A stretch of 64,000 bases of DNA from Sedimentisphaeraceae bacterium JB056 (GCA_044440125.1 JBITAJ010000009.1:1-64000); one strand, 5' to 3'; positions 38,470 through 49,200 are shown, numbered from the stretch's first letter. The notes: generated from the sequence alone by a model not told the origin. Program-made: numbers and translations.

Positions 38470-39564
38470 TCACAATAATTCGATTATCCGGTCAGAAATA
38501 AATTTTGAGGCATTATTTCTATCGGTATTTCTTAGAGCAACAGTCATAGAGTTGATTTTGCCGGCATCTGAGAGCAAAGGATTCAACGCCAGCCAGAGTT
38601 CTTCAGAGGTCTTGCAGTAATCATCTTTATGATCTGTTGCTATTACAGCAGTTCCAAGTTTCTCCATCTCCATCGCATTCAATCGTTGATGCTGGTCGGC
38701 ATGGTATGGATAAGGCAAGCAAACTGCGGGTGTGCAGGTAGCGATAAACTCCGCCACGCTTACAGCACCGCATCGACCTATCACGAGATCGCAAGCAGTC
38801 AAAAGCTGCGGCATATCATCACAATACTCCAGAACACAAGCCTTAATGCCACCCTTCTCATAAGATTGCTGAAGATCACCAGCTTTACCTTTGCCGCTGA
38901 GGTGTACTACCTGCCAATTGTCCTTGAACTCAGAAAGCTTATCAATGAGATGCTTCATAGCCATATTAATGTTATGAGCACCACTGGATGCGCCCGTTAC
39001 AAGCAAGGTTTTCTTTTCGGGATCAAGAGAAAGGTCATTTAGGATATTACCAGCATTCGGACTGTCAAAATCACTTCTCAATGGACAACCGCAAGCAAAA
39101 ATTTCAAATTTACCGCTTCCGAATTTGTCTTTGGTGCTTTCGAACTGCACAAATATCTTTGAAGCAAGTCTTGCCAGCTTTCTGTTGGCCGTACCCGGAA
39201 CAATGTCAACATTTATAAACATAAGCGGCTTACCAAGAAACTTAGCCGCCACAACGACCGGAGCAGCTACAAACCCTCCAACTCCGACAACCACGCAGTT
39301 GCGTGTTTTCAACATCTCAGTACATGCTCTGAAAAAACTTATCACAAAACACAACAGAAATACCGGATTGATGCTGAGAGGACGTGCCGCAAGCGGAATA
39401 TAACGATAATCGGTTTTTTGCAGTATCGAACTGTCTACCGGTCTTTTACTGCAAAAGAAACAGACGTCAATATCTTTTGGAAGTTTCTGGGCAACAGCCA
39501 GTGCCGGATAGATGTGCCCGCCCGTTCCGCCGCCTGCAAAAAAAACACTTTTTTTCTTACTCAT
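38470..39564 (-). CDS. murG: Lipid I N-acetylglucosaminyltransferase
   Basis: AGGGTGGHIYP, GGFVAAP, PGTAN, PLR, HQRLNA. Confidence 0.93.
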   Translation of the reverse strand: MSKKKSVFFAGGGTGGHIYPALAVAQKLPKDIDVCFFCSKRPVDSSILQKTDYRYIPLAARPLSINPVFLLCFVISFFRACTEMLKTRNCVVVGVGGFVAAPVVVAAKFLGKPLMFINVDIVPGTANRKLARLASKIFVQFESTKDKFGSGKFEIFACGCPLRSDFDSPNAGNILNDLSLDPEKKTLLVTGASSGAHNINMAMKHLIDKLSEFKDNWQVVHLSGKGKAGDLQQSYEKGGIKACVLEYCDDMPQLLTACDLVIGRCGAVSVAEFIATCTPAVCLPYPYHADQHQRLNAMEMEKLGTAVIATDHKDDYCKTSEELWLALNPLLSDAGKINSMTVALRNTDRNNASKFISDRIIELL

Positions 39565-40855
39565 CTACCGGCTCCATTAATCCAATATCCTGTCTTGCGG
39601 TTTTTCTTGCTATGTTCATAAGCAACCCCACCGCAAGAGATGAGGCCAAAAGACTTGAACCGCCTGCACTTACAAATGGCAGGGGTATTCCGGTGGTTGG
39701 CAGCGATGATGTTACAACACCGATATTAACGAATGCCTGAAGACATATCGCACAGGAGAGCCCGACCGCAAGCACCTTGCCAAGCGGATCACGACACTTT
39801 ATAGCAATAATGAAACCAAGCATGAGCATCAATATAAACAGCAATATCACGAAACCCGCACCTACAACACCTATTTCTTCGCATATAATTGAAAAAATAA
39901 AGTCGGTCTTATCCTCGGGTACATATCCCCATTTATACACACCTCTGCCGAGACCTTTACCAAACACTCCACCGGTACTTATCGCAGTCATTGAATTTAC
40001 AATCTGGTATTTTATTGCTTCGGTGGCCTTTTCCAGGTCCATAAAAGCTATTATCCTGTTCATTCGGTATTGTTCCTGACTGATATAGTAATATGAACCG
40101 GCAATACCAACAACCGTACCCGTAAACAATTGCCAATATGGAGTTTGCGCAACAACCAGCATTAGAAACATTACCATTGCAATAAATGCTGCCGTACCAA
40201 AATCTTCTATCGCTATCAAGGCTACATAGAAACCGGGAACGGCAAAGAAAGGAATTATCAGCAAGGTCTGCCTAATCGACTTTCTAAGGGTCAAATCACC
40301 TTTGAAAAGTCTTATGACGGCTTTTATTATACCGTAAATTGTAAATTTTCTTAATATATGGCCGAAATGTACGATATAAGCAGCTTCAAAAAAAACAACT
40401 GCAAGCTTAATCAATTCCGAAGGCTGCATTCTTATCTCAAATTTGCTGCCTTCGAACAATATCAGCCATCTTCGCGAAGCATTGATCGCCCTCACCGGCC
40501 CTAAAAGCACGTAAAGCAATGCGGCAGCTACAATTATCATAAATACTGGTAGAATAGAATATCTCACCAATCTGCAAAAGGCTCTGAAACGGCCTATTGA
40601 GCCCTGCCCCAACAAAGATTTCACGCTTTCATAAAACTCTTCGCGAGTTGGGAAATTAAACCATTCATATGGAATCAGGCTGAAAACAAGAACGGCAATA
40701 ACACCGCCAAATGAAAAATACACACGCCTGAAACTGAATTCATTGCTCACATTTGCCTGAGCTGAGCATACAAATACAATCCCTATCCCGATAAGCACAA
40801 AGGCTATCATCGCTAAAAACTGGCCGTAATCTATACTCTTCTTTTCCATAAGCAT
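39557..40855 (-). CDS. ftsW: SEDS-family peptidoglycan glycosyltransferase FtsW/RodA
   Basis: RRWL, QPSELIK, DFGT, PEDKTDFIFSIICEE, TGIPLPFVSAGGSS; overlaps murG start. Confidence 0.88.
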   Translation of the reverse strand: MLMEKKSIDYGQFLAMIAFVLIGIGIVFVCSAQANVSNEFSFRRVYFSFGGVIAVLVFSLIPYEWFNFPTREEFYESVKSLLGQGSIGRFRAFCRLVRYSILPVFMIIVAAALLYVLLGPVRAINASRRWLILFEGSKFEIRMQPSELIKLAVVFFEAAYIVHFGHILRKFTIYGIIKAVIRLFKGDLTLRKSIRQTLLIIPFFAVPGFYVALIAIEDFGTAAFIAMVMFLMLVVAQTPYWQLFTGTVVGIAGSYYYISQEQYRMNRIIAFMDLEKATEAIKYQIVNSMTAISTGGVFGKGLGRGVYKWGYVPEDKTDFIFSIICEEIGVVGAGFVILLFILMLMLGFIIAIKCRDPLGKVLAVGLSCAICLQAFVNIGVVTSSLPTTGIPLPFVSAGGSSLLASSLAVGLLMNIARKTARQDIGLMEPVDE

Positions 40856-40870
40856 CCATGCCTACTAATA

Positions 40871-41287
40871 TTACGAACTTTTATTCTTTTTATACTTGTG
40901 ATAGGCGCTTCCCTGAAGCACGGCTATGACATTGCCGTTATCATCGGTTACCGTTGAGTGATATGTTGACAATGTCCTGCCGACATTAACCGGCTTGGCC
41001 GCAGCATAAAGACAACCTGAAGAAACGTTGGATATATAGTTTATCGAACTGCCGACACCAACACTGATCGCATCATCTTTAGAGCTATCGTTAGCCGCTA
41101 AAGCCAATGCCCAGACAGCCAAAGAATATATAGCTCCACCATGAACAATACCTGCCCCGTTGAGAATTTCCTGACGAACCGGCATTTTAGCTCTGGCTAT
41201 TCCATCTTTGACTTCAACGATCTCAAGGCCCAGATGTTTTGCAAAATTGTCATTATCAAAAGGATTCATGCAAATATTATAAACCAT
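40871..41287 (-). CDS. PaaI/hotdog-fold thioesterase
   Basis: FAKHLG, NGAGIVHGGAIYSL, GRT. Confidence 0.88.
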   Translation of the reverse strand: MVYNICMNPFDNDNFAKHLGLEIVEVKDGIARAKMPVRQEILNGAGIVHGGAIYSLAVWALALAANDSSKDDAISVGVGSSINYISNVSSGCLYAAAKPVNVGRTLSTYHSTVTDDNGNVIAVLQGSAYHKYKKNKSS

Positions 41288-41530
41288 GACGCAAAAAAGA
41301 CAAGAATAACATCACCTAACTTTTGGCTTCAATTAATTTTAGAGGAGCTAAAATGATTTTTATCTTCACTTTTTTCATCCAAATTGCTATAATCCTGTTT
41401 CTTTACGGCAGAACACAGGGAAAAATTGGGGGTAATTTTGCTGTAAATCGTCGTGCGGCATCTTTTTATAGAGGCCGGTAGAGTGGTTAAAAGGTTAATT
41501 GTTTTATTTTATTCAGGAGTTACTTAAAAA

Positions 41531-42934
41531 ATGGAAAAAAGATTGATTGTTGTATTGTGTTGTTTATTTATTGCCGTAGGCATTTCAACTGCAGAAGAGT
41601 CATCCAGCCCTTCCCTGCATGACCTCCAAACAAAGATAACTGAGTACAAAAGAACGTTCACTCCTTATGGCGATATTCGTCTTCGTCATACATACGGCGA
41701 TGAATGGTTTCTAAACGACAAAGTTCAAGAAGGTAATTGGAATTTCGCAAGATACCGCGTTCGTGTGGGTGAAAAGATAGAGTTAGATGAGAATATGATG
41801 TTCGATGTAAGGCTCACATGGGAATTCAGGTCATGGGATGATCCTACCGGGCCGGGTAAAGCCAGCCATATGGATGGAGATGAAGCTATATTCGACATTA
41901 TGAATTTAACAGTCAAAAATCTCTTTGATGCACCTATTACCGGTAAGTTTGGTCGTCAGGATATGTTCATGAATAAGTGGCTTATTATTGACGGCACACC
42001 TTTTGATGGTTCAAGAACATGTTATTTTGATGCCGCAAAACTGACTTTTGACTTTGACGATTCGGCAACTAAAGTTGACCTTGTATACATCGACCAGGCG
42101 GCTGCTACTGAGGACAGACTCAGACCAATTGGAAATGAAAATGGTTATGTCACAGAGCAGGATGAAACAGCCGTAATCCTTTACCTGACAAACAAGTCTA
42201 TTGCAGACACTACTCTTGAAGGTTACTTCATTTACAAAAATGACAATCCTATTGATGATTCCCCTGCTGATACGCTGTCAAAGGCTCTGCCTCCAACATG
42301 GAGCAAGAAGGCTGAAATATTCACTTTTGGTGGTGCAGTAAGTGGTCATATTGATGCTAACTGGAGCTATAGAGTTGAAGGCGCTATCCAGACAGGCGAC
42401 AAAGATGAGAACAATGACGGCAACACATCAAGCATGAGAGCTTACGGTTCAAACAACTCATTGGCTTACAATTTCAATGATGACAAGAAGAGCCAGCTCC
42501 GCCTCGAGTACGAATTCCTTTCAGGTGACAACGATAAGACAGACGGCGAAGTTCATGGCTTCGATCCACTCTGGGGCGAATATCCAAGATTCTCTGAGCT
42601 GTATGCATATACATACGCTTTTGAATCATCTATAGGTGAACTGACAAACCTCCACAGAGTTGGCTGCTTCTACGACCTCTCTCCAATGGAAAATGTCAAG
42701 CTTCAAAATGGTTACAACCTTATGTGGGCTGATGAAACAAACTCTGTAGCAGGAAGAACAGACGGCGGAGGCAATTTCCGCGGTCAGCTTTTTACAGCAA
42801 GACTAATGTATCAGATGACAAAGAACCTTTCAGCCAGAGTAGATGCTGAATATTTCATTCCAGGCGATTTCTACAATGATAATCGTCAGGAAGAAGCAAC
42901 TTTCCTTCGCGGACAAATCATGTACTCATTCTAA
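41531..42934 (+). CDS. Alginate-export-family outer-membrane beta-barrel
   Basis: Signal peptide, RYRVR, GRQD, LSGD...FDPLWG, TNLH, C-terminal YSF. Confidence 0.8.
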   Translation: MEKRLIVVLCCLFIAVGISTAEESSSPSLHDLQTKITEYKRTFTPYGDIRLRHTYGDEWFLNDKVQEGNWNFARYRVRVGEKIELDENMMFDVRLTWEFRSWDDPTGPGKASHMDGDEAIFDIMNLTVKNLFDAPITGKFGRQDMFMNKWLIIDGTPFDGSRTCYFDAAKLTFDFDDSATKVDLVYIDQAAATEDRLRPIGNENGYVTEQDETAVILYLTNKSIADTTLEGYFIYKNDNPIDDSPADTLSKALPPTWSKKAEIFTFGGAVSGHIDANWSYRVEGAIQTGDKDENNDGNTSSMRAYGSNNSLAYNFNDDKKSQLRLEYEFLSGDNDKTDGEVHGFDPLWGEYPRFSELYAYTYAFESSIGELTNLHRVGCFYDLSPMENVKLQNGYNLMWADETNSVAGRTDGGGNFRGQLFTARLMYQMTKNLSARVDAEYFIPGDFYNDNRQEEATFLRGQIMYSF

Positions 42935-42960
42935 TCTGATATAATTAATTCGATTTTCTT

Positions 42961-43002
42961 CAACGCCGATAAGCCGTAATCACGGTTTGTCGGCGTTGTT
43001 TT
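42961..43002 (+). terminator. Rho-independent terminator
   Basis: CAACGCCGATAAGCCGT/ACGGTTTGTCGGCGTTG plus T run. Confidence 0.85.
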
Positions 43003-43130
43003 AATTAGCAAATTATACTCTGCAAATCCCGCTTTTAAGTAAAATATACGATTAAAATTTGAAATCTGAAACAAAAATCCCATAATAAACAGCTAAAACT
43101 GGTTTAAACCTCAAGGAGATTAAAACGCTT

Positions 43131-44540
43131 ATGAAAAGCAAAATAGTACTGGCAATATTATGTTGTGTGTTTATGGCAAATGCTGCAACCCCTGAAGAAC
43201 TGGAAAAAGAGAATGAGCTTCTAAAAGCACGTGTAGAAAAACTGGAAAATGACATCGCTCAAATCAAAGAAATGCTGATGACACAGAATTCTGCAGCAAC
43301 TGTTGAGAAAGCAGAGATTACCGCAAAAGAAACATCAGTTGAAAAAACAATCGCCAAAGATCAGAAATCCGCAGCAATTGAAAAACTCAACAACGAAACA
43401 ATAGAAAAGCTTCTGGCATTAGCAGATGAAAAGCCTGTAGAAAGAGAAGTTAAACCTTCTGATATTGACTTAGATATCTATGGTTTCATGCGTTACGACA
43501 TGGCTTATGACAACTCGGATGTGCAAAGTTTCTTTGGCGGAGCAGGTAACGGGTGGGCTCTTCCGGAAAACATGGATAACAACGATGACAGTTTTGAATC
43601 AACCGCAAGAGTAAGTCGTTTCGGAATCAAAGCTCAATGCGAATCAGAAAACGGCATGCTCGTCAACGGCGTCATTGAAGTTGACTTCTGCGGTGGAGGC
43701 TCTGAATCTTCATCAGAATTAAGAATGAGGCACGGCTACGTAAAACTCGATTGGCCAGACAGCGGTTTCTCACTGCTCGCAGGCCAGACATGGGACGTAA
43801 TATCTCCTCTCTATCCTACCATGGTTGACGCAGCAGTGGGCTGGTTCAGCGGTAATATCGGATTCAGACGTCCGCAGCTTCGTTTAACACAAATCTGCCA
43901 ATTGAATGAAGATTCTTCACTTGAGTTGACAGGAGCAATCAGCCGCCCCGCTGACGACTCTACTTACCCAACAGGTACAAGCAGCGGCCCTGACTCAGGA
44001 CAGCCTAACGTTCAGAGCCGAATAGCTTTGACCGCACCAATGTTCTTTAATAAGAAGGCAACACTTGGCCTCTCAGGACATTTCGGCAAAGATGAACACG
44101 ACTTCAATACAGGCGGAGACGAAGAACAAGAAAGCTGGTCTTTCAACGTAGATTTCGCACAGCCAATAAATGAGCAGTTCACATTCAAAGGCGAATTCTT
44201 TACCGGAGACAACCTTGACAGCTATCTTGGCGGAATCAACCAGGGCGTAAACAGAACAACGCTTGAAGAGATTGAGAGTGTCGGCGGCTGGGCAAGCATT
44301 TGCTACAAGCCTCTCAAGAAATGGCTGTTCAACGTTGGAGTGGCTATAGAGGACCTCAACAGCGAGGACCTCAATACTGGCGACAGGGAATACAACCAGA
44401 GTACCTTCGCCAACTGCATCTACCTACTCGACAAACACGTATCAACAGGTCTGGAACTGCAGCACAACCGAACAGAATACAAGGATTCAACCAACGGCAA
44501 CAGTACACGTGCCCAGATGATGATAATGTACAGTTTCTAA
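43131..44540 (+). CDS. DcaP-like outer-membrane porin with N-terminal coiled coil
   Basis: YGFMRYD, SRFG, IEVDF, RMRHGY, AGQTW, RRPQLR, C-terminal YSF. Confidence 0.8.
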   Translation: MKSKIVLAILCCVFMANAATPEELEKENELLKARVEKLENDIAQIKEMLMTQNSAATVEKAEITAKETSVEKTIAKDQKSAAIEKLNNETIEKLLALADEKPVEREVKPSDIDLDIYGFMRYDMAYDNSDVQSFFGGAGNGWALPENMDNNDDSFESTARVSRFGIKAQCESENGMLVNGVIEVDFCGGGSESSSELRMRHGYVKLDWPDSGFSLLAGQTWDVISPLYPTMVDAAVGWFSGNIGFRRPQLRLTQICQLNEDSSLELTGAISRPADDSTYPTGTSSGPDSGQPNVQSRIALTAPMFFNKKATLGLSGHFGKDEHDFNTGGDEEQESWSFNVDFAQPINEQFTFKGEFFTGDNLDSYLGGINQGVNRTTLEEIESVGGWASICYKPLKKWLFNVGVAIEDLNSEDLNTGDREYNQSTFANCIYLLDKHVSTGLELQHNRTEYKDSTNGNSTRAQMMIMYSF

Positions 44541-44563
44541 ATAAAGCTTTTGAATACAAGCTG

Positions 44564-44601
44564 AAAAAGGCCGTCATATAATAAAATATGACGGCCTTTT
44601 T
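44564..44601. terminator. Bidirectional terminator
   Basis: AAAAAGGCCGTCATAT/ATATGACGGCCTTTTT. Confidence 0.9.
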
Positions 44602-44616
44602 ATTTCCAAAATTCAT

Positions 44617-45198
44617 TTATCTGTAGTACTCAGGCTGTCCCAGCGGGAACTGAGCAAGGAGCGTATATTTTGCCCCGAACTTGGTCAGCTCGCTTTTGTA
44701 AAGCTCGATCGACCTCACCGCCATCGCCCCAAAAGGATAACGTCCGAGAGTAACGGCTATATCCTTAACGTACTTGCCAGCCTTTGGATCTTTGATTCTG
44801 GCAAGGGTTATATGAGGTGAAAACTTCTTTTTCTCAGTGTAGAATCCTGCCGGGCCAAGCACCTCGACCAACTGCCTGTGGAGAAGCTCAAGCTGCTCAT
44901 TGCCGTCACGCAAAGCAGCCCATATAACTCTCGCACTTCTTCCGAAAGCCCTTACACCTTCAACTTTCATCCTGAAGGGTTTCGTCCGCTCAGCAATGGG
45001 ATCAACAAGATCACATATTTCCTGCAAACTGTTCTCAGGTACTTCACCAAGAAAAGCGAGGGTTGAATGGCATTCATCAGGAAATACCCAATTTATATCA
45101 TTACGGAATCTCGTAGTCTCGAGCTTCATCTTCGACTGAAAATCCCGTATATTCTCCTGAATCTTTTCATCCATACTGACTGCAATAAAAGTGCGCAT
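44617..45198 (-). CDS. thpR: RNA 2',3'-cyclic phosphodiesterase (2H family)
   Basis: MRTFIA, HSTLAFLGE, PHITLAR. Confidence 0.92.
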   Translation of the reverse strand: MRTFIAVSMDEKIQENIRDFQSKMKLETTRFRNDINWVFPDECHSTLAFLGEVPENSLQEICDLVDPIAERTKPFRMKVEGVRAFGRSARVIWAALRDGNEQLELLHRQLVEVLGPAGFYTEKKKFSPHITLARIKDPKAGKYVKDIAVTLGRYPFGAMAVRSIELYKSELTKFGAKYTLLAQFPLGQPEYYR

Positions 45199-45223
45199 TC
45201 TACTTCCTTATAAAATAAAACGA

Positions 45224-45952
45224 TCAGCCTTTTTCAAGCTTCGTAGCTCTTCTTAGGTATGATATCTGACGCCCTGTAAGAGGTTTATAATTCCCAACTC
45301 CAATACCTTTAAGGGTTATAACACCTATCTGGCTTCGTTTAAGTTTCTTAACCTTGAGTCCTACGCGAGCAAACATTCTTCTGACCTGCCTGTTACGCCC
45401 CTGCCTAATCGTCATTTCTATAAGAGACTCTTGCGGTCCTTTTTTCAAAACTTTAATAGAAGAACGCTCGGTTTTACCTTCCGAAAGCCATACACCTCGC
45501 TTAAGCTTATCAAGAACCTCAGCATTAACCACACCCTTTACAAGAACCTCATATGTTTTGGGGAGTTCATACCGCGGATGAGTAAGCCTGTTTGCAAGCT
45601 CATTATCATTTGTCAGAATTATTGCGCCAGTGGTATCGGCATCAAGCCTGCCAACACAAAAAACACGCTGTTTGACAGAAACTATGTCCAAAACCTTCTT
45701 GCGTCCATAAGGATCACTGCTTGTGCAAATAAAGCCTTTTGGTTTATTCAAGAGAAAATAAACCTTGCTTTCTTTCTCTATTTTACGGCCGTTAACTTTG
45801 ATCACGTCCTTTTCGGGGTCAGCAAATGCGGGCAACTCATTAACCATTATATTGTTAACACTTACCACACCTTCGAGAATCATTTCCTCGCATTTGCGAC
45901 GGGACGCAACCCCTGCGGCCGCCATAATTCTTTGTAATCTTGTTTTTGCCAT
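45224..45952 (-). CDS. rluB: rRNA pseudouridine synthase, RsuA/RluB family
   Basis: S4 domain (RLQRIMAAAGVASRRKCE), NKPKG, VGRLD, GRNRQVRRM. Confidence 0.85.
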   Translation of the reverse strand: MAKTRLQRIMAAAGVASRRKCEEMILEGVVSVNNIMVNELPAFADPEKDVIKVNGRKIEKESKVYFLLNKPKGFICTSSDPYGRKKVLDIVSVKQRVFCVGRLDADTTGAIILTNDNELANRLTHPRYELPKTYEVLVKGVVNAEVLDKLKRGVWLSEGKTERSSIKVLKKGPQESLIEMTIRQGRNRQVRRMFARVGLKVKKLKRSQIGVITLKGIGVGNYKPLTGRQISYLRRATKLEKG

Positions 45953-46178
45953 ATATCTCTATTTATGATCAATAATAAAAACGATATTTTCCGCTTTTTC
46001 TACAGACAACGAGTCTTTAAGCGGTTCTTAACCGTTGATTGAACCCGGTAGTATAACAGCAAGTACAAAATTAGTCAAATTGTTTTGGTTTGGCTGGTAT
46101 GTTATTGTTGATATTGATAGCGGCAAGGCTATAATCTTAAGATTGAATATCAATATTATTGAATAAGAGAGTTTAAGA

Positions 46179-47045
46179 ATGAAAACTACAATTTTAAGCA
46201 TAGTAATGATAGTTTTGTGCAACACAGTATTCTCTGAAATAACTCCTGACAAGATAATTGACTACAAGTCGGTTGGAGATGTAACATTAAAAATGAGCAT
46301 ATTCAACCCTGAAAGCCACAAAGAATCGGACCAGAAACCGGCAATAGTCTTCTTTTCCGGCGGCGGATGGGTTAAATGGAGTCCGGATCAGTTCTTCCGT
46401 CAATGTGAATATCTCGCATCAAGGGGTATGGTTGCCATCTACGCTGAATACAGAACCCAAAATCATTACGGCGGTTCACCTAAGGAATGCGTAAAAGACG
46501 GCAAATCAGCAATGAGATGGATAAGAAGCCACGCAAAAGAACTCGGCATCAATCCTGATATGATAGCCGCAGGAGGAGGTTCGGCAGGCGGGCATGTCGC
46601 GGCAGCTACCGCAACCTTGAGCGGTTTCAATGAAGATGGTGAAGATACATCTGTAAGCTGCAAGCCCAATGCACTGGTATTGTTCAACCCAGTATTTGAC
46701 AACAGCGTCGATGGGTACGGATACGACAGAGTGCAAGAATACTGGAAAGAGTTTTCACCGATGCACAATATTGACGAAAATACTCCTGCAACAATAGTGT
46801 TTCTGGGTACAAAGGACAAACTGATACCTGTAGAAACAGCAGAAAAATACAAAAAGATAATGGAAAAAGCCGGCAATCGATGCGAGTTATTTCTCTATAA
46901 AGATCAGACGCACGGTTTCTTCAACCATGATAGATACTACGAGACACTTTTAGAAGCGGACAAATTCCTTACATCGCTTGGATACCTCAAGGGTGAACCT
47001 ACCATAAAAAAAGAAAATTCAACTGAGCAGAAGGGTCAATCCTGA
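46179..47045 (+). CDS. Secreted alpha/beta hydrolase (carbohydrate esterase-like)
   Basis: Signal peptide, GGGW, GGSAGGH nucleophile, GTKD, HGFF. Confidence 0.9.
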   Translation: MKTTILSIVMIVLCNTVFSEITPDKIIDYKSVGDVTLKMSIFNPESHKESDQKPAIVFFSGGGWVKWSPDQFFRQCEYLASRGMVAIYAEYRTQNHYGGSPKECVKDGKSAMRWIRSHAKELGINPDMIAAGGGSAGGHVAAATATLSGFNEDGEDTSVSCKPNALVLFNPVFDNSVDGYGYDRVQEYWKEFSPMHNIDENTPATIVFLGTKDKLIPVETAEKYKKIMEKAGNRCELFLYKDQTHGFFNHDRYYETLLEADKFLTSLGYLKGEPTIKKENSTEQKGQS

Positions 47046-47506
47046 TCGTAATCAACATATTTCGAACGTTTTCTGAAATACTTGCTTACAGGATGGAAAA
47101 CAAGCAATGAAAGTGCGGCAAAAACCGTCGCTATGGCCGCTATGACATAATGACCTGAACCGCATGCAACACCCACACTTGCAACCAACCAGATGCCGGC
47201 CGCGGTGGTAAGACCTTGAATGCCGCCTCTGTCGCGTATTATTGCACCGGCACCGAGAAAGCCGACACCGCTTACGATTTGAGATATTATTCTGGTCGGC
47301 TCCGAGCCGGTTTCCTTTGCTATCATCATAGAAAGTACCGTAAAAAGAGCAGCTCCCATACATATCAATATATTTGTACGCAATCCGGCAGCCTTGCCGC
47401 TAAGCTCTCTCTCTATCCCTATTATTGCACCAAAGACCATAGCAAGAGCCAAAGATGCGACTACATGCCAGAATTCTCCAGAAAATAATACAACAGATAT
47501 ACACAT
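47036..47506 (-). CDS. MgtC/SapB family protein
   Basis: GIERE, AGLRT, VSGVGFLGAG, GLTTAA. Confidence 0.93.
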   Translation of the reverse strand: MCISVVLFSGEFWHVVASLALAMVFGAIIGIERELSGKAAGLRTNILICMGAALFTVLSMMIAKETGSEPTRIISQIVSGVGFLGAGAIIRDRGGIQGLTTAAGIWLVASVGVACGSGHYVIAAIATVFAALSLLVFHPVSKYFRKRSKYVDYDQD

Positions 47507-47603
47507 GTCAGTTACCAGTTATAAATATCGGCTCACGCCATTAATTAAGTTTGCATTACCCAAAGTAGCCATATCTCTATAAACTACTGGTTTTATACGT
47601 TAA

Positions 47604-48401
47604 TTACCAGCCGCCACTGGAGCCGCCGCCGCCGAAACCACCGCCGCCGCCACCGCCAAATCCGCCGCCGCCGAAGCCGCCACCGAAGCCGCCACCTCCA
47701 AAACTGCCGCCACTGCCGCCAAAACCACGTGAATAATATCGACGTCGATGATTCCTGTGGCCTGAAAGTCCAAAAAGCAGGAACCAGAAAAAACCACCTC
47801 TCCCACCCAGACTAAAGAGTATAATAAGGATAAAAATTATTGTACTGAAAATACTGCTAATAGTTTTGTTGCCTGGTCTTGATGATGAAAGCTTTTTTGG
47901 TATTCCTGTCAAGTTAACATTATACGACTTAGCAATTCGATCAATCACTTTTGCATTGGCAAGATATATACCGGTACTGTAATCCCCTTTTCTGGCATAA
48001 GGCGTTATATATTCTCGCCCCACACCGCCTGAATATGAGTCAGTAATAACACCTTCGAGTCCATAGCCTACTTCAAATCTGAATTTCCTGTCATTAAGCG
48101 AGATAACAAACAACATGCCATTATCCTGTTTCGCCTGACCAAGCTTCCACTGCTCGGCAAGCTCGATACTGTACATATCTATCGGAACGCCATTGAGACT
48201 GGTAACAGTAAGTATAATATACTGCACTCCGGTCTTCTGCTCGAGTTCCTTCAGAAGACCATTAAGCTTAGATTCGATACTACTGTCTATGATATTTGCC
48301 TTATCCTCAACGTAATTTCGTGGCACAGGCATACTTACTTTGGCTAAAGCAAGCGATGCAAAAAGCAAGAGAATAAGAAAGGACTTCGCGAAAATTTTCA
48401 T
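47604..48401 (-). CDS. TPM-domain (YgcG-like) membrane protein
   Basis: WKLG...DNG, EVGYGLEG, Gly-rich tail ending GGW. Confidence 0.92.
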   Translation of the reverse strand: MKIFAKSFLILLLFASLALAKVSMPVPRNYVEDKANIIDSSIESKLNGLLKELEQKTGVQYIILTVTSLNGVPIDMYSIELAEQWKLGQAKQDNGMLFVISLNDRKFRFEVGYGLEGVITDSYSGGVGREYITPYARKGDYSTGIYLANAKVIDRIAKSYNVNLTGIPKKLSSSRPGNKTISSIFSTIIFILIILFSLGGRGGFFWFLLFGLSGHRNHRRRYYSRGFGGSGGSFGGGGFGGGFGGGGFGGGGGGGFGGGGSSGGW

Positions 48402-48419
48402 ATCAAACCTTCCTTACAA

Positions 48420-49181
48420 TCAAAATTCAATTTTATCTGCTAACAAAGAAAGAGAGCCTATAAGCTCATACAGATATTCAAATGAATCCTGCAACTCCAT
48501 CTTATCGGGCTTCGGCTTCTCATGCTTCCAACCAATCAATTTAGCCAGCGGCTCAACCTGAAAACCAAACTCATTTGAAGCTGATTCAAGTGTTGATGCG
48601 ATAAGAGGTTCTCTTTCTTTATCTGAGAGCCAAAGCATAGCACGCAGATACGGCAGCAAACCAGATGCACAGCTTGAAAGAATATCAACCAGCTTCACTG
48701 GACCTACTTTAGAAGCAACATACCCCTGTCTCAGTCTTATCATATTAGCCTTGAACTCCCGTTCGCATTGTAAACGAACATCGTTTTTCTCAATCACTAA
48801 TGACTTGAACGGGCTTTCGCCGTAAATAGTCTTGTGATTCAGTTGGAAGTCAAGATACTCAACACCAAAAACATCACATGACCGTTCAATATGCGACGGA
48901 ATCATTATAAGAGGCATGTCAAAATGATTTTTGAAGAGCAACCTACCTAAATCACTTATGCCGTTTAAAACATTCATTGTTTCTTCTTTAAACACAAGAA
49001 CTGTATTTATGTCACTCTTACCTTTTATGTAATCATCTGTAAGAGAACTGCCTGTTATTGTTATACTTATAAGATTATCGAAGAAATCCGTAATAAGTTT
49101 TTCAGATAATTCCTGCATCGGTTTTTTAACAGAATTATTAGGCATATCTTTAATATCAAGTTTCATCTGTTCCATCTTCAA
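48420..49181 (-). CDS. Nucleotidyltransferase-like protein (pol-beta fold plus helical domain)
   Basis: ITGS...SDINTVLV, DVFGVEY, RLQCERE. Confidence 0.75.
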   Translation of the reverse strand: MKMEQMKLDIKDMPNNSVKKPMQELSEKLITDFFDNLISITITGSSLTDDYIKGKSDINTVLVFKEETMNVLNGISDLGRLLFKNHFDMPLIMIPSHIERSCDVFGVEYLDFQLNHKTIYGESPFKSLVIEKNDVRLQCEREFKANMIRLRQGYVASKVGPVKLVDILSSCASGLLPYLRAMLWLSDKEREPLIASTLESASNEFGFQVEPLAKLIGWKHEKPKPDKMELQDSFEYLYELIGSLSLLADKIEF

Positions 49182-49200
49182 CTCCTTGACAGTTTTAACA

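Noticed and set aside
47604..47730. GC-rich GCC/CCG repeat tract
   Set aside because: Encodes the ordinary Gly-rich tail of TPM proteins.
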